Assembly (NCBI GenBank): GCA_963822945.1
Contig: CAWGJO010000031.1
Location: 1-55,999 of the forward strand
Length of the DNA: 55,999 bases
DNA from: an uncultured Gemmatimonadaceae bacterium
GTDB taxonomy: Bacteria; Gemmatimonadota; Gemmatimonadetes; Gemmatimonadales; Gemmatimonadaceae
Direction: 5' to 3'
The notes beneath the pieces were generated by a model. It was not told the DNA's origin. It did not search any database and was given only the letters and a program-made list of their open reading frames with translations. The position numbers and the translations under genes are program-made. Shown here one piece after another: positions 38,965-49,970 of the stretch; within the stretch, counting starts at the first letter, position 1, and each line of letters starts with the position of its first letter.

Positions 38965-41603
38965 CGCCATCGGCGACCTGTTCGCGTGGCCAGGCCGCAT
39001 CGCCCGGCGCCTGCGCTCGCTGCTCAGACATTCCGCATTTGAGCGTGACATGCGCGACGAGATGCGCCTGCACATCGAGATGGAAGCGGCCGATTTGCAG
39101 CGTTCGGGGCTTGCGCCCGACGAGGCGATGCGTCGCGCGCGTTTGAGCTTCGGCGCGATCGAGGAGCACAAGGAGTCGGGCCGCGACGCGTCGGGCGTCC
39201 GTGCACTCGAGTCGCTCGCTGACGACCTCCACCACGCCTGGCGGCAGCTCGGCGCCCGCCCGGGGTTCACGGCCGCCGTGATCATCACGCTCGCGCTCGG
39301 GATCGGCGCCACGACGGTCATGTACGCGCTCACGCGCGCGTCCGCCATGCAGCCTCTACCCTTCCCTCACTCCGACCAGCTGATCGACGTCGCGCAGGTG
39401 CCCCGGGGATGCGGAAACTGCGTCTACATATCTTCCGGCGCCTTCAACGCCGTGCACGATCGGGCGACAACACTTGCTAGCGCGGCGCTCGGCTCCGGAT
39501 GGACGGCCATTCTCCGGGGGCCTGACCGCGCCGAGGCGTTGAACGGAGAACGGGTTACCGCCGACTTCTTCCGCACGCTGGGCGCCCGACCGCTACTCGG
39601 ACGGACTCTCGGCCCGGCCGACACGGTCACCGGCCACCGCGACGTCATTGTGGTGAGCGAGAGGCTCTGGCGCGCGCGGCTTGGCGCCGACAGCGGAATT
39701 GTGGGACGCTCGCTCGTGATCAATGGCACGCCGTTCACGGTGGTCGGCGTACTCGCCGGAGACCCCGTGTATCCCCTCCACACCGAGGTCTGGGCACCGC
39801 TGATTGTAACCCCCGGCATGGCCGCCGATCACCATTGGACCGACTACGACATGATCGCCCGCGTCGGCGACGGAATCACGATGTCGCGCGTGCGCGCCGA
39901 GCTGCGTACGATCGCGCATGCCGAGGCGCAAGCGTACCCCGGCGATATGCAGGGCACGACGTTCGCCCTCCGCCCGCTGGCGCTCTGGAACGAGAGCAAT
40001 ACGAACCTGCTGTGGGTGTTCTCGGCGGCGGTGGGGCTCGTCTTGCTCGTCGCGTGCATCAATCTGGCCGGACTTCTGCTGGCGCAGCTCGCGTCGCGCC
40101 ACCGAGAGCTGGCCGTCCGGGCCGCGATGGGGGCCGGCCCGCGGCGCATCGCGCGGCAACTACTCTCCGAGACGATGCTCGTCGCCTCGTTGGGAGGCGC
40201 GCTTGGCGCCGTCGCCGCCTGGGGTGGAATTGCCGCCATTCGCGCGATCATACCCGCCGACATCGCCGGCTTCGATGCCGGGGTGGGCGCTGTTCACGCT
40301 CGACGTTCCCGCACTCGCCGTCGCCCTTGGCATCGGCATCTGCACCGGTCTGCTGATCGGCCTCTGGCCGGCCGTGCGCTTTGCGAGGCCGGACCTGGCG
40401 AAGGAACTCCACGCGACGTCGCGGACGATCACCGATCGCGCCGTCGGACGACGTCTGCTCGTCGGCACACAGGTCGCCTTCGGGGTCGTCCTGCTGGCGG
40501 CGGCGGGGCTGTTGGCCCGCAGCGTCCAGCATGTCTACTCCACGCCGACCGGCATTGCGCCCGATCACGTGCTCGCGTTCCGAATTCAGGGCCCGCCGTA
40601 CCGGCCTGGAACTGTCGAGGATTCAACGAGTGAGGACCGACTCGCGAAGGCGCTCGAGGCTGTACCGGGCGTGCAGAGCGCCGGCGTCACGTTCGCGCTG
40701 CCCTTCAGCGACGCCATGAGCACCAACAATTTTGACATCGCGGGGCGGCCGGTGCCGGCGCCGCACCACCACCCTTACAGCCGGATGCAGCCGGCGACGC
40801 CCAATTACTTCGCCACGCTGGGCATCCCGATCGTTCGCGGCCGGCCGTTCCTCCCAACCGATGCCGCCGGCGCTCCGCGCGTCGCGATCGTGAATCAGGC
40901 GCTGGCCCGGCGATACTTCCCGAACGGGGACCCGCTCGGCGAGACGCTGCTCATTGGCGGCGCACGGTGGCGCATCGTGGGCGTATCCGGCAACGTGATG
41001 TACGGGCAGATCGGGCAGTTCGTGACGCCAGAGATCTACCGGCCGATGCAGCAATGGCCGTGGAGCGACGCGAGTGTCGTCGTGCGAACTGTGGGCGATC
41101 CGACCGCAGCGGAACCGGCCATCCTCGCTGCCGTGCGACGGTTCGATCCCGACCTCGCCGTTTCGCGCGTAGCGCCGCTGGCGGTGGGGTTCCGACAAGT
41201 CCTGGCCCCGTACTGGATCATGCTGGGACTGATGGGTGGGTTCGCCATGATCGCGATGCTGATCTCGGCGATCGGACTCTACGCAGTGATCAGCTACAGC
41301 GTGGCGCAGCGCACACGGGAGTTCGGTGTCCGAATGGCGCTCGGCGCCGAGCCGCGGGGACTGCTGCGACTCGTGATCGCTCAGGGGCTGCGACTCACGG
41401 CCGTCGGCGGGGCCGCCGGATTCGTTGCAGCGCTTGCCGTGACCCCACTGCTCCGCGCGGTGCTCTACGGGGTGTCGCCCAGCGATCCGCTTACGTATGC
41501 GCTGGTCGCGGCCGGCGCATCCGTGCTTGGGGTCGTCGCGTCATACGGCCCGGCCCGTCGAGCCGCCACGACCGATCCGATGACATCACTCCAGGCGAAC
41601 TGA
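38957..41603 (+). CDS. ADOP-type duplicated ABC permease (frameshift near 40270)
   Basis: MRDEMRLHIE, LALGIGATT and LLVACINLA in ORF 38957..40633; QRTREFGVRMALGA in ORF 39918..41603. Confidence 0.88.
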
Positions 41604-41607
41604 CAAC

Positions 41608-41705
41608 TCAAGTCACCTAGTCTGAAGAGGTTCGCCCGCCCGTCTCCAGCGGAATCGCAATACAGTTTTGTCGGCACACCTCCCAGGCGCGCTCTCGTTG
41701 GAACG
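41608..41705 (+). repeat. att-like site 5 (core CA 41684)
   Basis: GTTCGCCCGCCCGTCTCCAGCGGAATCGCAATACAGTTTTGTCGGCACACCTCC-CA; the right side reads QARSRWN, a decayed QxxCPWN. Confidence 0.9.
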
Positions 41706-41721
41706 GTAGGTCGGCCCCCGC

Positions 41722-44439
41722 TTAGTCGCTCCGCAGCACCGTCATCGGATCTGCCCGCGCCGCCCGCGTCGCGGGGAGGTAGCTGGCCAGGCCTGCGACG
41801 ACGAGGAGCACGATGGCGGCCTCGGCCAGCGACGCCGGATCGCGTGGCGATACCTGGTAGAGCAGCGAGGCGATGAAACGTCCCGCGCCGACGGCGCCGG
41901 CCACGCCGAGCGCCGCGCCGACGGCCGCGGTCTCGATTCCGCTCGCCACGACCATGCGCACGAGCGCCCCACGCTGCGCGCCGAGCGCGGCGCGGATCCC
42001 GAGTTCCCGGGTCCGCTGCACCACCGCGTACGTGAGTACCCCGTAGAGGCCTACCGCCGCGAGCACGAGCGCCAGCGTCCCGAACGCGCTGAACATATCG
42101 GCCCCCAGCGTCCACGAGTGGTACTGGGGATCGAGCTCGTCCGTGAGGGGCGTGACGGATGGATAGGGGATGTTCGGCCCGGCCGCCAGCATCGCGCGCC
42201 GAACGCGCTCCACCATCGCCGCCGGATCGCCCACCGTGCGCACTTCCATGGCCGAGATGCCGGGGAGGTACGGATTCGTGGCCTGCGTCTCGATGGGGAC
42301 GTACAGCTCCTGGATCGGCGTGGCCGTGATCTGCCACTGCGGCGAATCGGCCACGACGCCCACGATCGTCTCGCACGGCTCGGGCGTGCGATCGCTCTGC
42401 GGCCCCCGATCGGTGCGGATGCAGGCGCCCACCGGACTCGCGTCGCCCCAGTAGTATTTCGCCGCCTGCTCGCTGATGATCGCCACGTGCGCCGATGCGC
42501 GGTGCTCCGCGGCCGTAAACGAGCGCCCGGCGATGAACCGTCGGCCCGTCGCGGCGAAAAAGCCATCCGACACGGCCCGTCCCATCGGCGCGGCCAACGG
42601 CTGCTTCACCGCCGCGGCCGCGCCGCTCGTCGGAACAATCGAGGTTCCCCACCCACTGCGGAATGGCTCGCCGATCGAGATGCTCGCCGTCGCCACGCCG
42701 GGCACCGCGCGAACGCGCGCAAGCATCGCCTGGTACGCGGCCACTGCGTCCGCGTTGGACAGCCCCGCGCTCCGGAAATCGACCCTCGCGTACAGCAGAT
42801 GCCGCACGTCCATGCCCAGATCCTTGTCGCGCACGTTCCGGAGGCTTCGCACAAAGAGCCCTGAGCCCGCGAGCAACAGCACCGTGAACGCGACCTGCAC
42901 GGCCACCAGCGTGCGCTGAACGCGGAACCGGCCGGCCGGCACGTGGCCCCGCCCCATGAGCGTGGCATTGAGATCGGACCGCACGCCCACGGTCACCGGC
43001 GCCAACCCGCACAGCAGGCCCGTCGCCACCGCAACCGCCCCGGCGAATCCGAGCACGGGCCACGACATCGCCCTCGCGACGGCGACATCGGGCATGATCA
43101 CGTGCCGCACCACCGATGACGTCCACGCGGTCAACACCAGCGCCACGGCGCCGCCGCAGGCGGCGAGCATCAGACTCTCGGTGAGGAGCTGGCGCGCGAT
43201 CCGCCATCGGCCCGCGCCCAGCGACAGGCGCACCGCGATCTCGTGCGATCGGGACGCCGCGCGCGCCAGGAGGAGATTGGCGACGTTGGCGCAGGCGACG
43301 AGCAGCACCAGCACCGACACCGCGCCGAGCCAGAGCGCCACCTTCGTGTCGGCGGACATCGTGGGCGCACGCCCCACTGGAAGCGGCGCGAGGACGACGC
43401 GGGCGCCCTTCATGTATGGCTCCTTGGCGTGCTCGAACGCGAACGCCGCCGTGGCCTCGGCGGCCGCAACCTCCTTCGAGACCCCGGGGCGGAGTCGGGC
43501 GAACGTTGACAGCCAGTAGCTGTTCGCATGAGTGAGCGCGCTCGGCGCGAACATCGTGGTCGCGGCGGCGATCGGCAGCCACGCGTCCACCTGCTCCAGG
43601 TTGATCCCGGTGAACCCCTCGGGCGCCACGCCGATCACCGTGTAGGGCCGCCCCCCGATATCCACCGTCCGCCCCAGAACCGCGCGGTCGCCGTTGAACC
43701 GGTCCTTCCACAAGCCGTAGCCGAGCACCACCGTCTTCGTCCCCTCGGCGCGTTCCTCGTCGGGGCGGAACAAGCGGCCCAGCGCGGGGCGGGTGCCCAG
43801 GGCGCGGAAGAAGCTCGCCGTGACCAGCACCGCCTTGAGCGAGCGCGCATTGTCGCCGCGGCCGATCGAGGTCTCGTTGGCGAAGTAGGCCGCCACCGAC
43901 TCGAATGCGTGCGCGTTGTCGCGCAGGGCTTCATAGGTGCCGAATCCGGTGATCTGGTTCGCGGCGTATCCGCCGCCGTTGGGCTTGGGGTAGGCGTAGT
44001 ACAAGCGCACGATGCCGTCGGAGTTGGCGATCCCCGGCGGGGGTCGGAACATGAGTGTGTTCACAACGCCGAACATCGTCGCATTCACGCCAATCCCCAG
44101 CGCGAAGGTGAGCACCACGAACCCCGAGGCGACCCGATGATGCCAGAGGCTCCGGAGCCCGAATCGCACGTCCTGACGCAGGTCGTCGAGCCATTCGCGA
44201 AGTCGCATGCGGTTCTCGCGACGCTCGGCCGTAGCCTGGAGCGACCGACGCGCGGCCGGGGTGTCCCCGAACCGACGCCGTGCCTCGCGCAGCGCCTCCT
44301 TCGGCGTCAGCCCCTGGGCCTCGAGCTGCTTGGCGCGCAGCTCCAGATGCAGCGCGATCTCCTCGTCCACGTGCTCGCGCGCGACGTCGGGGCGCCGGAG
44401 CGCCAGCCGGAAGAGCCGCTTCACGCCCGGACGGATCAT
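41722..44439 (-). CDS. ADOP-type duplicated ABC permease
   Basis: VDEEIALHLE, ALGIGVNATMF, LLVACANVANLLLARA and ADPMTVLRSD. Confidence 0.92.
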   Translation of the reverse strand: MIRPGVKRLFRLALRRPDVAREHVDEEIALHLELRAKQLEAQGLTPKEALREARRRFGDTPAARRSLQATAERRENRMRLREWLDDLRQDVRFGLRSLWHHRVASGFVVLTFALGIGVNATMFGVVNTLMFRPPPGIANSDGIVRLYYAYPKPNGGGYAANQITGFGTYEALRDNAHAFESVAAYFANETSIGRGDNARSLKAVLVTASFFRALGTRPALGRLFRPDEERAEGTKTVVLGYGLWKDRFNGDRAVLGRTVDIGGRPYTVIGVAPEGFTGINLEQVDAWLPIAAATTMFAPSALTHANSYWLSTFARLRPGVSKEVAAAEATAAFAFEHAKEPYMKGARVVLAPLPVGRAPTMSADTKVALWLGAVSVLVLLVACANVANLLLARAASRSHEIAVRLSLGAGRWRIARQLLTESLMLAACGGAVALVLTAWTSSVVRHVIMPDVAVARAMSWPVLGFAGAVAVATGLLCGLAPVTVGVRSDLNATLMGRGHVPAGRFRVQRTLVAVQVAFTVLLLAGSGLFVRSLRNVRDKDLGMDVRHLLYARVDFRSAGLSNADAVAAYQAMLARVRAVPGVATASISIGEPFRSGWGTSIVPTSGAAAAVKQPLAAPMGRAVSDGFFAATGRRFIAGRSFTAAEHRASAHVAIISEQAAKYYWGDASPVGACIRTDRGPQSDRTPEPCETIVGVVADSPQWQITATPIQELYVPIETQATNPYLPGISAMEVRTVGDPAAMVERVRRAMLAAGPNIPYPSVTPLTDELDPQYHSWTLGADMFSAFGTLALVLAAVGLYGVLTYAVVQRTRELGIRAALGAQRGALVRMVVASGIETAAVGAALGVAGAVGAGRFIASLLYQVSPRDPASLAEAAIVLLVVAGLASYLPATRAARADPMTVLRSD

Positions 44440-44449
44440 CGTGGGCTCC

Positions 44450-44788
44450 CTACGATTGCGCGGTGAGGATATCGGTGACCAGATCGGCGTATCGTGTCCA
44501 GCGGGCGGTCTCGGCCTCGAGGAAGCGCCGCCCCTTGGCGATGACACGATAGTACCGCGCGCGGCGATTGTTGTCCGTCACGCCCCAGTCCGCGGTGACC
44601 AGCCCGCGCTCCTCCATACGGTAGAGCGCCTGGTAGAGCGCCGAATCGTCCACGCCGAGCCCGCCCGCGGATCGCGCTTCGAGCCAGCTGACGATCTCGA
44701 ACCCGTGCATCGGCGTCCAGCTCAGGGCCTTGAGCACGAGGACATCCAGCGTGCCCTTCACGACGGGGAGTGCGTCGGTGCCGGCCAT
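44450..44788 (-). CDS. PadR family regulator
   Basis: KGTLDVLVLKAL, ALYQALYRME and NNRRARYY. Confidence 0.92.
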   Translation of the reverse strand: MAGTDALPVVKGTLDVLVLKALSWTPMHGFEIVSWLEARSAGGLGVDDSALYQALYRMEERGLVTADWGVTDNNRRARYYRVIAKGRRFLEAETARWTRYADLVTDILTAQS

Positions 44789-44906
44789 CGTCGCTCCACT
44801 TAGAGTCTGGATAGAGCTACGCCGCCGGCGCCGGGGCGTCAAGGCCGGCGTTCCGCGAGGCTCCGCGCGTTGACCGGCCACCGGCATTGGCAGGCAAGGC
44901 GACTGC

Positions 44907-45000
44907 CTAATCCTTGCCCGCAAGAAGGGCTCGCCCACCTGTGGTCAATGGAATTTCAATACGATTATACCGGCACACCTCCCAGGAGGCGCGCCCGTAG
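44907..45000 (+). repeat. att-like site 6 (core CA 44983)
   Basis: AATGGAATTTCAATACGATTATACCGGCACACCTCC-CA-GGAGGCGCGCCCG. Confidence 0.9.
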
Positions 45001-45138
45001 GAGCGGTCGCCGGTGTACCGATCAGCGTGGACCGGGGCGTCAAGACCGATGGGCGCTCGTAAGACGGGCGTCGCCTGCCAGGGAGAGAGCCTTGCCCGGC
45101 TCTCACCAATTGATGCGCGGCTGCACCGGACATCGCCC

Positions 45139-47766
45139 CTAGCTGGACCGCAAGATCTCCACCGGATCGCTGCGCATCGCGCGCAATGCCGGCACGAGCG
45201 CGGCCGCCATCGCCACCGCCATCAGCGTCGCCTCGGCGATCAGGAGCGAGCCGGGGTCCGTATTCTTCACCCCGAACAGTCGCCAGGAAATACCGGCACT
45301 TGCCCAGAAGCTCAACAGGGCGCCGATCGCGGTGCCGCCGAGCGCCATCTCGAACGCGCTGGTGAGGACGACGCGCACAATGTTGCGCCGTGTGGCCCCG
45401 AGCGCCTGCCGCACGGCGAACTCGCGCATGCGCTGCCCCACACTGTAGGACAGCACGCTGAACAGTCCGGTCACCCCCAGAATCAGCGCCGCGAAGGTGA
45501 GCACCGAGAGGAACTGCTCGAAGATCCGGTTGGCGCGAATCTCCTGGTTCTGGGCAAGGGTCCACGGCAAAGCCGATACCACGGCCGTTCGAGGGAGCAC
45601 GCCGCTCAATGCTCGTTCGATGGCAGTCGGAAGCATGGCGCCGGCATGGGGCGCCATGCGGGCAACGATATTCGTCATCCCCACCGTCTGCGCCGACGCC
45701 ACGTAGATCATCGGATTATCCGAGGGATCGAACGAGTCGGTCGCATTCATCGCCACGTCCGGGGCGATGCCCACCACGCGCAGCCACGGCCGTGACGCCC
45801 GCGCCCAGCCGAGCTTGATCATGTGGCCGATGGCGTTCTCGTGCGGGAAGAGCGCGTTGGCGGCCGTTCGCGAAAGCACGACCGCACCTTCTCCGAGAAT
45901 GTCGGCGTCGGACAAGTCGCGCCCTGCTGCCAATCGAATGCCCATGGTCTCGAAAAACCGGGCCCCGACGGTCTCGTAGTACCTCACGCGCAGCGACGGA
46001 ACCGTCGGTCGGCGATCGGTGAGCACCTCGCCGGCATCGGGAATGCCGTAGCCCATCGTCGTCACCGCGACCACGCCGGGCACCTCGCGGACCGCCTGCA
46101 CCGCCCGCGCCAACAGCGCCCGCCGCGCCACGTCGGACGTGTCCGCCGCCCCGTCTGCCGGGGTGATGTACACGTGCACGAGCGAGTGTGCGGCGAAGGC
46201 GTATCGGTAATCCGCCAAGTTCCGCGTGGAGAGCGCCATCAGACTCGTGAGCATGAGCAGCACCATCGCGACCGCCAGCTCCGTGATCACGAGGAGGCGG
46301 AACTCGTTCCGGCTGCGGCCGGTGGTCGTGCCGGCGTTGTCCTTGAGCGGATCCGCCGGGTCCACCCGACTGGCTCGCCAGGCCGGGACGCCGCCCGCGA
46401 CGCCCATGCCGCCCAGCAGCGCCAAGCCCACCCCAGTGAAGACCCAGGGCGAGAATCCGAACACGTAGTCTCCCCAGGTTGCCAGGTCTTCCGGCACCAG
46501 GTGTGTGAGCACGCCAATCACCGCATTCGCGATCAGTAGCCCCAGGACCGCCCCACCAACGCCGATCACCAGGACCTCGGCGAGCACGTCGGCCGCGATC
46601 CCGGCGCGCGTGGCGCCGAGCGCAATGCGCAGCGCGTACTCGCGCCGCCGGGTCAAGCCGCGCGCCAACGCGAGCGCCGTCACGTTCGTGCAGCCGATGA
46701 GCAGCATCCCCAAGGCAAGCGCCAGCATCAGAATTCCCTGGACGTCTTGCCGCAGGTCCATTGCTTGCGGCGCCAGCGGAATCAGCAGGATGCCGTACGG
46801 CGTCGTGATCGTGAGCGGCGAGACATACTGCGCCTGGTAGCGTGCGGCGAGTGTGGCGACCTGCGCGTGCGCGGCCGCGGTGTCCACGTTCGCTCGGAGC
46901 TCCACGACGATGTCACCCTGCCGCAGCCGCTCCACCGCCCCCGGTGACGCATAGGGGATCACGACGGGAGCCGACAGTGGGCCCGCATGACCCGGCGGCA
47001 CCACGCCCACGATAGAGTACACGTGGCCGCCGACGCTCAGCGTCGCGCCGTCGATCGCGGAGCGGTCGGCGAACGACTCTGTCCACAGGGCGGACGACAC
47101 GAGTGCCGCGCGATCGGCGGCGATCTCCTGCGGGGTTGGATATCGGCCGAGCGTCAGCGGCACGCCGAGGGCGGGAAACAGGTTGGCGCTCACGTGTGCC
47201 ACCGTCCACTCCGCGGCGGCGCCCCCAATCGTCGTCAGTTCCTGGGCGTACGATTCCACGCCCACCGTCTGTACCGCCGGCAGTGTCGCGAGGCCCCGCA
47301 TCTGCTCGGCGATGCTCGGCCCGCTCGTCCGGTTGCCGAACCGGAGCTTCGCGACGTCCCACCGATCCGGATGTCGGAACAGGGCCTTCGGGTGAAGCGA
47401 GGAATCGATCAAGGCGAAGGTCGCCGTCGCGAGCCCGAGTGCCACGCCGAGCGAGAGTACCGACACCACGACGAAGCCGGGCGACCGTCGCAGCGTGCGC
47501 CACGCGCGCTTCACAGCCTGCGCGAACTGCTCAAACCACCGCACGCCGCGCGCGTCCCGAGACGCCTCCTTCATCTCCTCTACGCCGCCGAATGCCAGCC
47601 GTGCCTGGCGGCGGGCTTCGTCGGGTTCCGCCCCGTGAACGCCGAGCTTCTCCGCCTCACGATCGAGATGGAACTGGAGTTCCTCGGCGAGATCCCGCTC
47701 CAGATCCTCGCGGCGGAACAGTGCGCGGAGCCGGTAGCGCAGGTCGCTCAGTAGATCACGGAGCAT
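45139..47766 (-). CDS. ADOP-type duplicated ABC permease
   Basis: LAEELQFHLDRE, ARLAFGG, LIGCTNV, QRMREFAVRQALGA and DPVEILRSS. Confidence 0.9.
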   Translation of the reverse strand: MLRDLLSDLRYRLRALFRREDLERDLAEELQFHLDREAEKLGVHGAEPDEARRQARLAFGGVEEMKEASRDARGVRWFEQFAQAVKRAWRTLRRSPGFVVVSVLSLGVALGLATATFALIDSSLHPKALFRHPDRWDVAKLRFGNRTSGPSIAEQMRGLATLPAVQTVGVESYAQELTTIGGAAAEWTVAHVSANLFPALGVPLTLGRYPTPQEIAADRAALVSSALWTESFADRSAIDGATLSVGGHVYSIVGVVPPGHAGPLSAPVVIPYASPGAVERLRQGDIVVELRANVDTAAAHAQVATLAARYQAQYVSPLTITTPYGILLIPLAPQAMDLRQDVQGILMLALALGMLLIGCTNVTALALARGLTRRREYALRIALGATRAGIAADVLAEVLVIGVGGAVLGLLIANAVIGVLTHLVPEDLATWGDYVFGFSPWVFTGVGLALLGGMGVAGGVPAWRASRVDPADPLKDNAGTTTGRSRNEFRLLVITELAVAMVLLMLTSLMALSTRNLADYRYAFAAHSLVHVYITPADGAADTSDVARRALLARAVQAVREVPGVVAVTTMGYGIPDAGEVLTDRRPTVPSLRVRYYETVGARFFETMGIRLAAGRDLSDADILGEGAVVLSRTAANALFPHENAIGHMIKLGWARASRPWLRVVGIAPDVAMNATDSFDPSDNPMIYVASAQTVGMTNIVARMAPHAGAMLPTAIERALSGVLPRTAVVSALPWTLAQNQEIRANRIFEQFLSVLTFAALILGVTGLFSVLSYSVGQRMREFAVRQALGATRRNIVRVVLTSAFEMALGGTAIGALLSFWASAGISWRLFGVKNTDPGSLLIAEATLMAVAMAAALVPALRAMRSDPVEILRSS

Positions 47767-47779
47767 GGATCGGCCGGCT

Positions 47780-48112
47780 TCAGGTGGTCCGCAGGACGAG
47801 GGCGACTGCGGCCGCCAACCGTTCCCAGTCGCCGGTTTCGGCGGCCAACTGCGCGTGCCCTCGTCGGGTCAACTCATAGAACTTGGCCCGCCGGTTGTTG
47901 TCCGACGTGCCCCACGTCGCTTTCACCCAGCCACGGCGCTCGAGGCGGTGTAACGCAGGGTAGAGTGAGCCCTGCGGCACGTCGAGCACCTCGCGCGAGA
48001 TTTGGCGAATGCGCTCCGAGATCCCCCACCCGTGCTGGGGGGCGAGTGAGAGCGCCTTGAGGATCAGCAGGTCGAGCGTGCCCTGCGGGAGATCGAGACG
48101 GTCCGGCGGCAT
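47780..48112 (-). CDS. PadR family regulator
   Basis: LPQGTLDLLILKAL, GSLYPALHRLE and NNRRAKFY. Confidence 0.92.
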   Translation of the reverse strand: MPPDRLDLPQGTLDLLILKALSLAPQHGWGISERIRQISREVLDVPQGSLYPALHRLERRGWVKATWGTSDNNRRAKFYELTRRGHAQLAAETGDWERLAAAVALVLRTT

Positions 48113-48119
48113 GAGTTCC

Positions 48120-48168
48120 CCTGTGACTTCTACAGGACGATACGGCGCGTCCTGTAGAAGTGCAAGGG
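48120..48168. promoter_or_regulatory. padR operator with a perfect 14-bp inverted repeat
   Basis: ACTTCTACAGGACG-ATACGGCG-CGTCCTGTAGAAGT at 48126-48161. Confidence 0.7.
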
Positions 48169-48253
48169 AAATCGGGCGGTGCCATGCTGCCGGAGGCGAC
48201 AGAGACGGCAGCTTCCCGATTTCCGCCAAGCTGTCGTCCGTCGGGGACGACGC

Positions 48254-48354
48254 TTATCTCGTTGCCTTGGCACGAGTTCGCCCGCCCGTCTCCAATGGAA
48301 TCGCAATACAGTTTTGTCGGCACATCTCCCAGGAGGTGTGCCCTGAAGACTGCA
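48254..48354 (+). repeat. att-like site 7 (core CA 48330), an extended imperfect palindrome
   Basis: TACAGTTTTGTCGGCACATCTCC-CA-GGAGGTGTGCCCTGAAGACTGCA. Confidence 0.92.
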
Positions 48355-48483
48355 CTCTCCTGGGTCACGGAACTGAGCGGGGATGACGCGGAAGATTGGA
48401 GTCGGGGCTCGATCTCACTGCCTTCCGCGCATCCATCCGGTCCGACTTTCGGGGGGACCCGCCGGAGTGGGCTACCGTCAGCA

Positions 48484-48702
48484 CTACTGCTGGAGTTGCG
48501 CGGCAAACAGGTAGAACAACCGCACTCCTATAATCAGCACAGCGGCGCCGAGCACTCTCATGCCCCATGGAGGCAGTCGAGTCCATGGCGCCTGCGTGCG
48601 ACGCAGAGCCGCCCGCGGCCTGACCAGCATCAACACGCCGGAGGCCACCCACGCGAGACCGCAGATCAAGAAGAGCGCCGCTGTCGCCACGTTAGTCGCC
48701 AT
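48484..48702 (-). CDS. small 2-TM hypothetical protein
   Basis: 72 aa with two hydrophobic segments. Confidence 0.45.
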   Translation of the reverse strand: MATNVATAALFLICGLAWVASGVLMLVRPRAALRRTQAPWTRLPPWGMRVLGAAVLIIGVRLFYLFAAQLQQ

Positions 48703-48753
48703 GCGGATAGCCTGACGGCTGCTTCGCGCGATTACCGTCCCGACGCGCGGCCA

Positions 48754-49134
48754 TCAGAGTGGAGGCGGTTCCGCAGCCTGAAGTCGCGCCGCCCGCCGGC
48801 GATCTCGAAACACCGGGGTCAATGCGAGCCATACGAGTACGCCAAGGGATACGTGGCGTGCATTCGCCCCGATGTCCGCGTCCGCGAGGACCGCCTGGTG
48901 CATCGTCATCACTCCGCTCTCGTACTCCGTCGCCGCGCGGTCCCCGAATCGCACGACCCGGTCCGACGCTGGCGTCGACAGCGCAACCCGTACAGCTCCG
49001 TAGTACCCGGGTTGCGCAAAGAACAGCGTGACCAGCGACGCTCCTATTGCCAGGCCGCGCAGAATCTTCCGCCGGTAACGCCATTCGGCGACCAGCAACG
49101 CGACGAGGATCATGGCGATCAACGCTGTCGTCAT
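48754..49134 (-). CDS. hypothetical membrane protein
   Basis: 126 aa with three hydrophobic segments; AAGGAGG upstream. Confidence 0.5.
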   Translation of the reverse strand: MTTALIAMILVALLVAEWRYRRKILRGLAIGASLVTLFFAQPGYYGAVRVALSTPASDRVVRFGDRAATEYESGVMTMHQAVLADADIGANARHVSLGVLVWLALTPVFRDRRRAARLQAAEPPPL

Positions 49135-49410
49135 TCGACAAGCCTCCTTGGCGCTCGGATAGGATCAGAAGGAAGAGTCAGCGGAAACGTCACCGCGTGC
49201 GGGTCACGGGTATGGGCCCCCGCCGCTCTTTCCGCCCGCGCACGCGGTGACTGAGGCTGCGGAGGCCACGCGGACATTGCTCGCGAATCCGGCCACCGTC
49301 GTGCACCTGCCCGTCCGCTATGAAGCGGGGCTGACCGGCCGCACCGTCTGACGACATCTCAACGCGCTCGCCAGCTCGAAGATTGGGCGCAGCCTAACTT
49401 CGCTCCGCCG

Positions 49411-49641
49411 TCACCGCTTCTTCGGCACGACCAATGGAGGAGCCGACTGGTCTTTGGGCATGCAGACTTTGCGCCAATCTTCACCGGGCTTGAGCGGCTC
49501 GCAGAGCTCGGCGTGCAACGCGCTGTCGCTGAAGACAGACCGCGGCGCTTCCGCCAATGGCGCCGCCGCGGAAGCGGGGCGCTGGCTTTGACAGGCAAGG
49601 GCGCCAGCAAGGCAGACGGCCCCGATCAAGAGAGAGCGCAT
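49411..49641 (-). CDS. small hypothetical lipoprotein
   Basis: MRSLLIGAVCLAGALAC lipobox; two further Cys. Confidence 0.5.
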   Translation of the reverse strand: MRSLLIGAVCLAGALACQSQRPASAAAPLAEAPRSVFSDSALHAELCEPLKPGEDWRKVCMPKDQSAPPLVVPKKR

Positions 49642-49880
49642 GATTCAGAACGTACGTCCCTTCGCCCGCGTAGGTCAACAGGCGGTGGCGCAGGGCGGGC
49701 TGAGTGCAGCGGCACTCCCAACTCCGCCAGCAGCGCCTCTGTGGAGTCAACGCCCAGCGCACGCTTCGGCTGCCGATCGGTGGCTAAACGGGACTATGGC
49801 CAATCGCTATTCCCGGAAATCCAAGACACCCCCATTCCCAGACGCCGCCACCGTATACCAACTGGTGCCGGGCGGCGGCC

Positions 49881-49970
49881 CTAACTCTTTGCGGGATTGA
49901 GCGTTCGGCCGCCGGTTCCCAGCGGAATCTCGATACAGTTATACCGGCACACCTCCCAGGACGTGTGGCG
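49881..49970 (+). repeat. att-like site 8 (core CA 49957)
   Basis: AGCGGAATCTCGATACAGTTATACCGGCACACCTCC-CA-GGACGTGTGGC. Confidence 0.9.
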
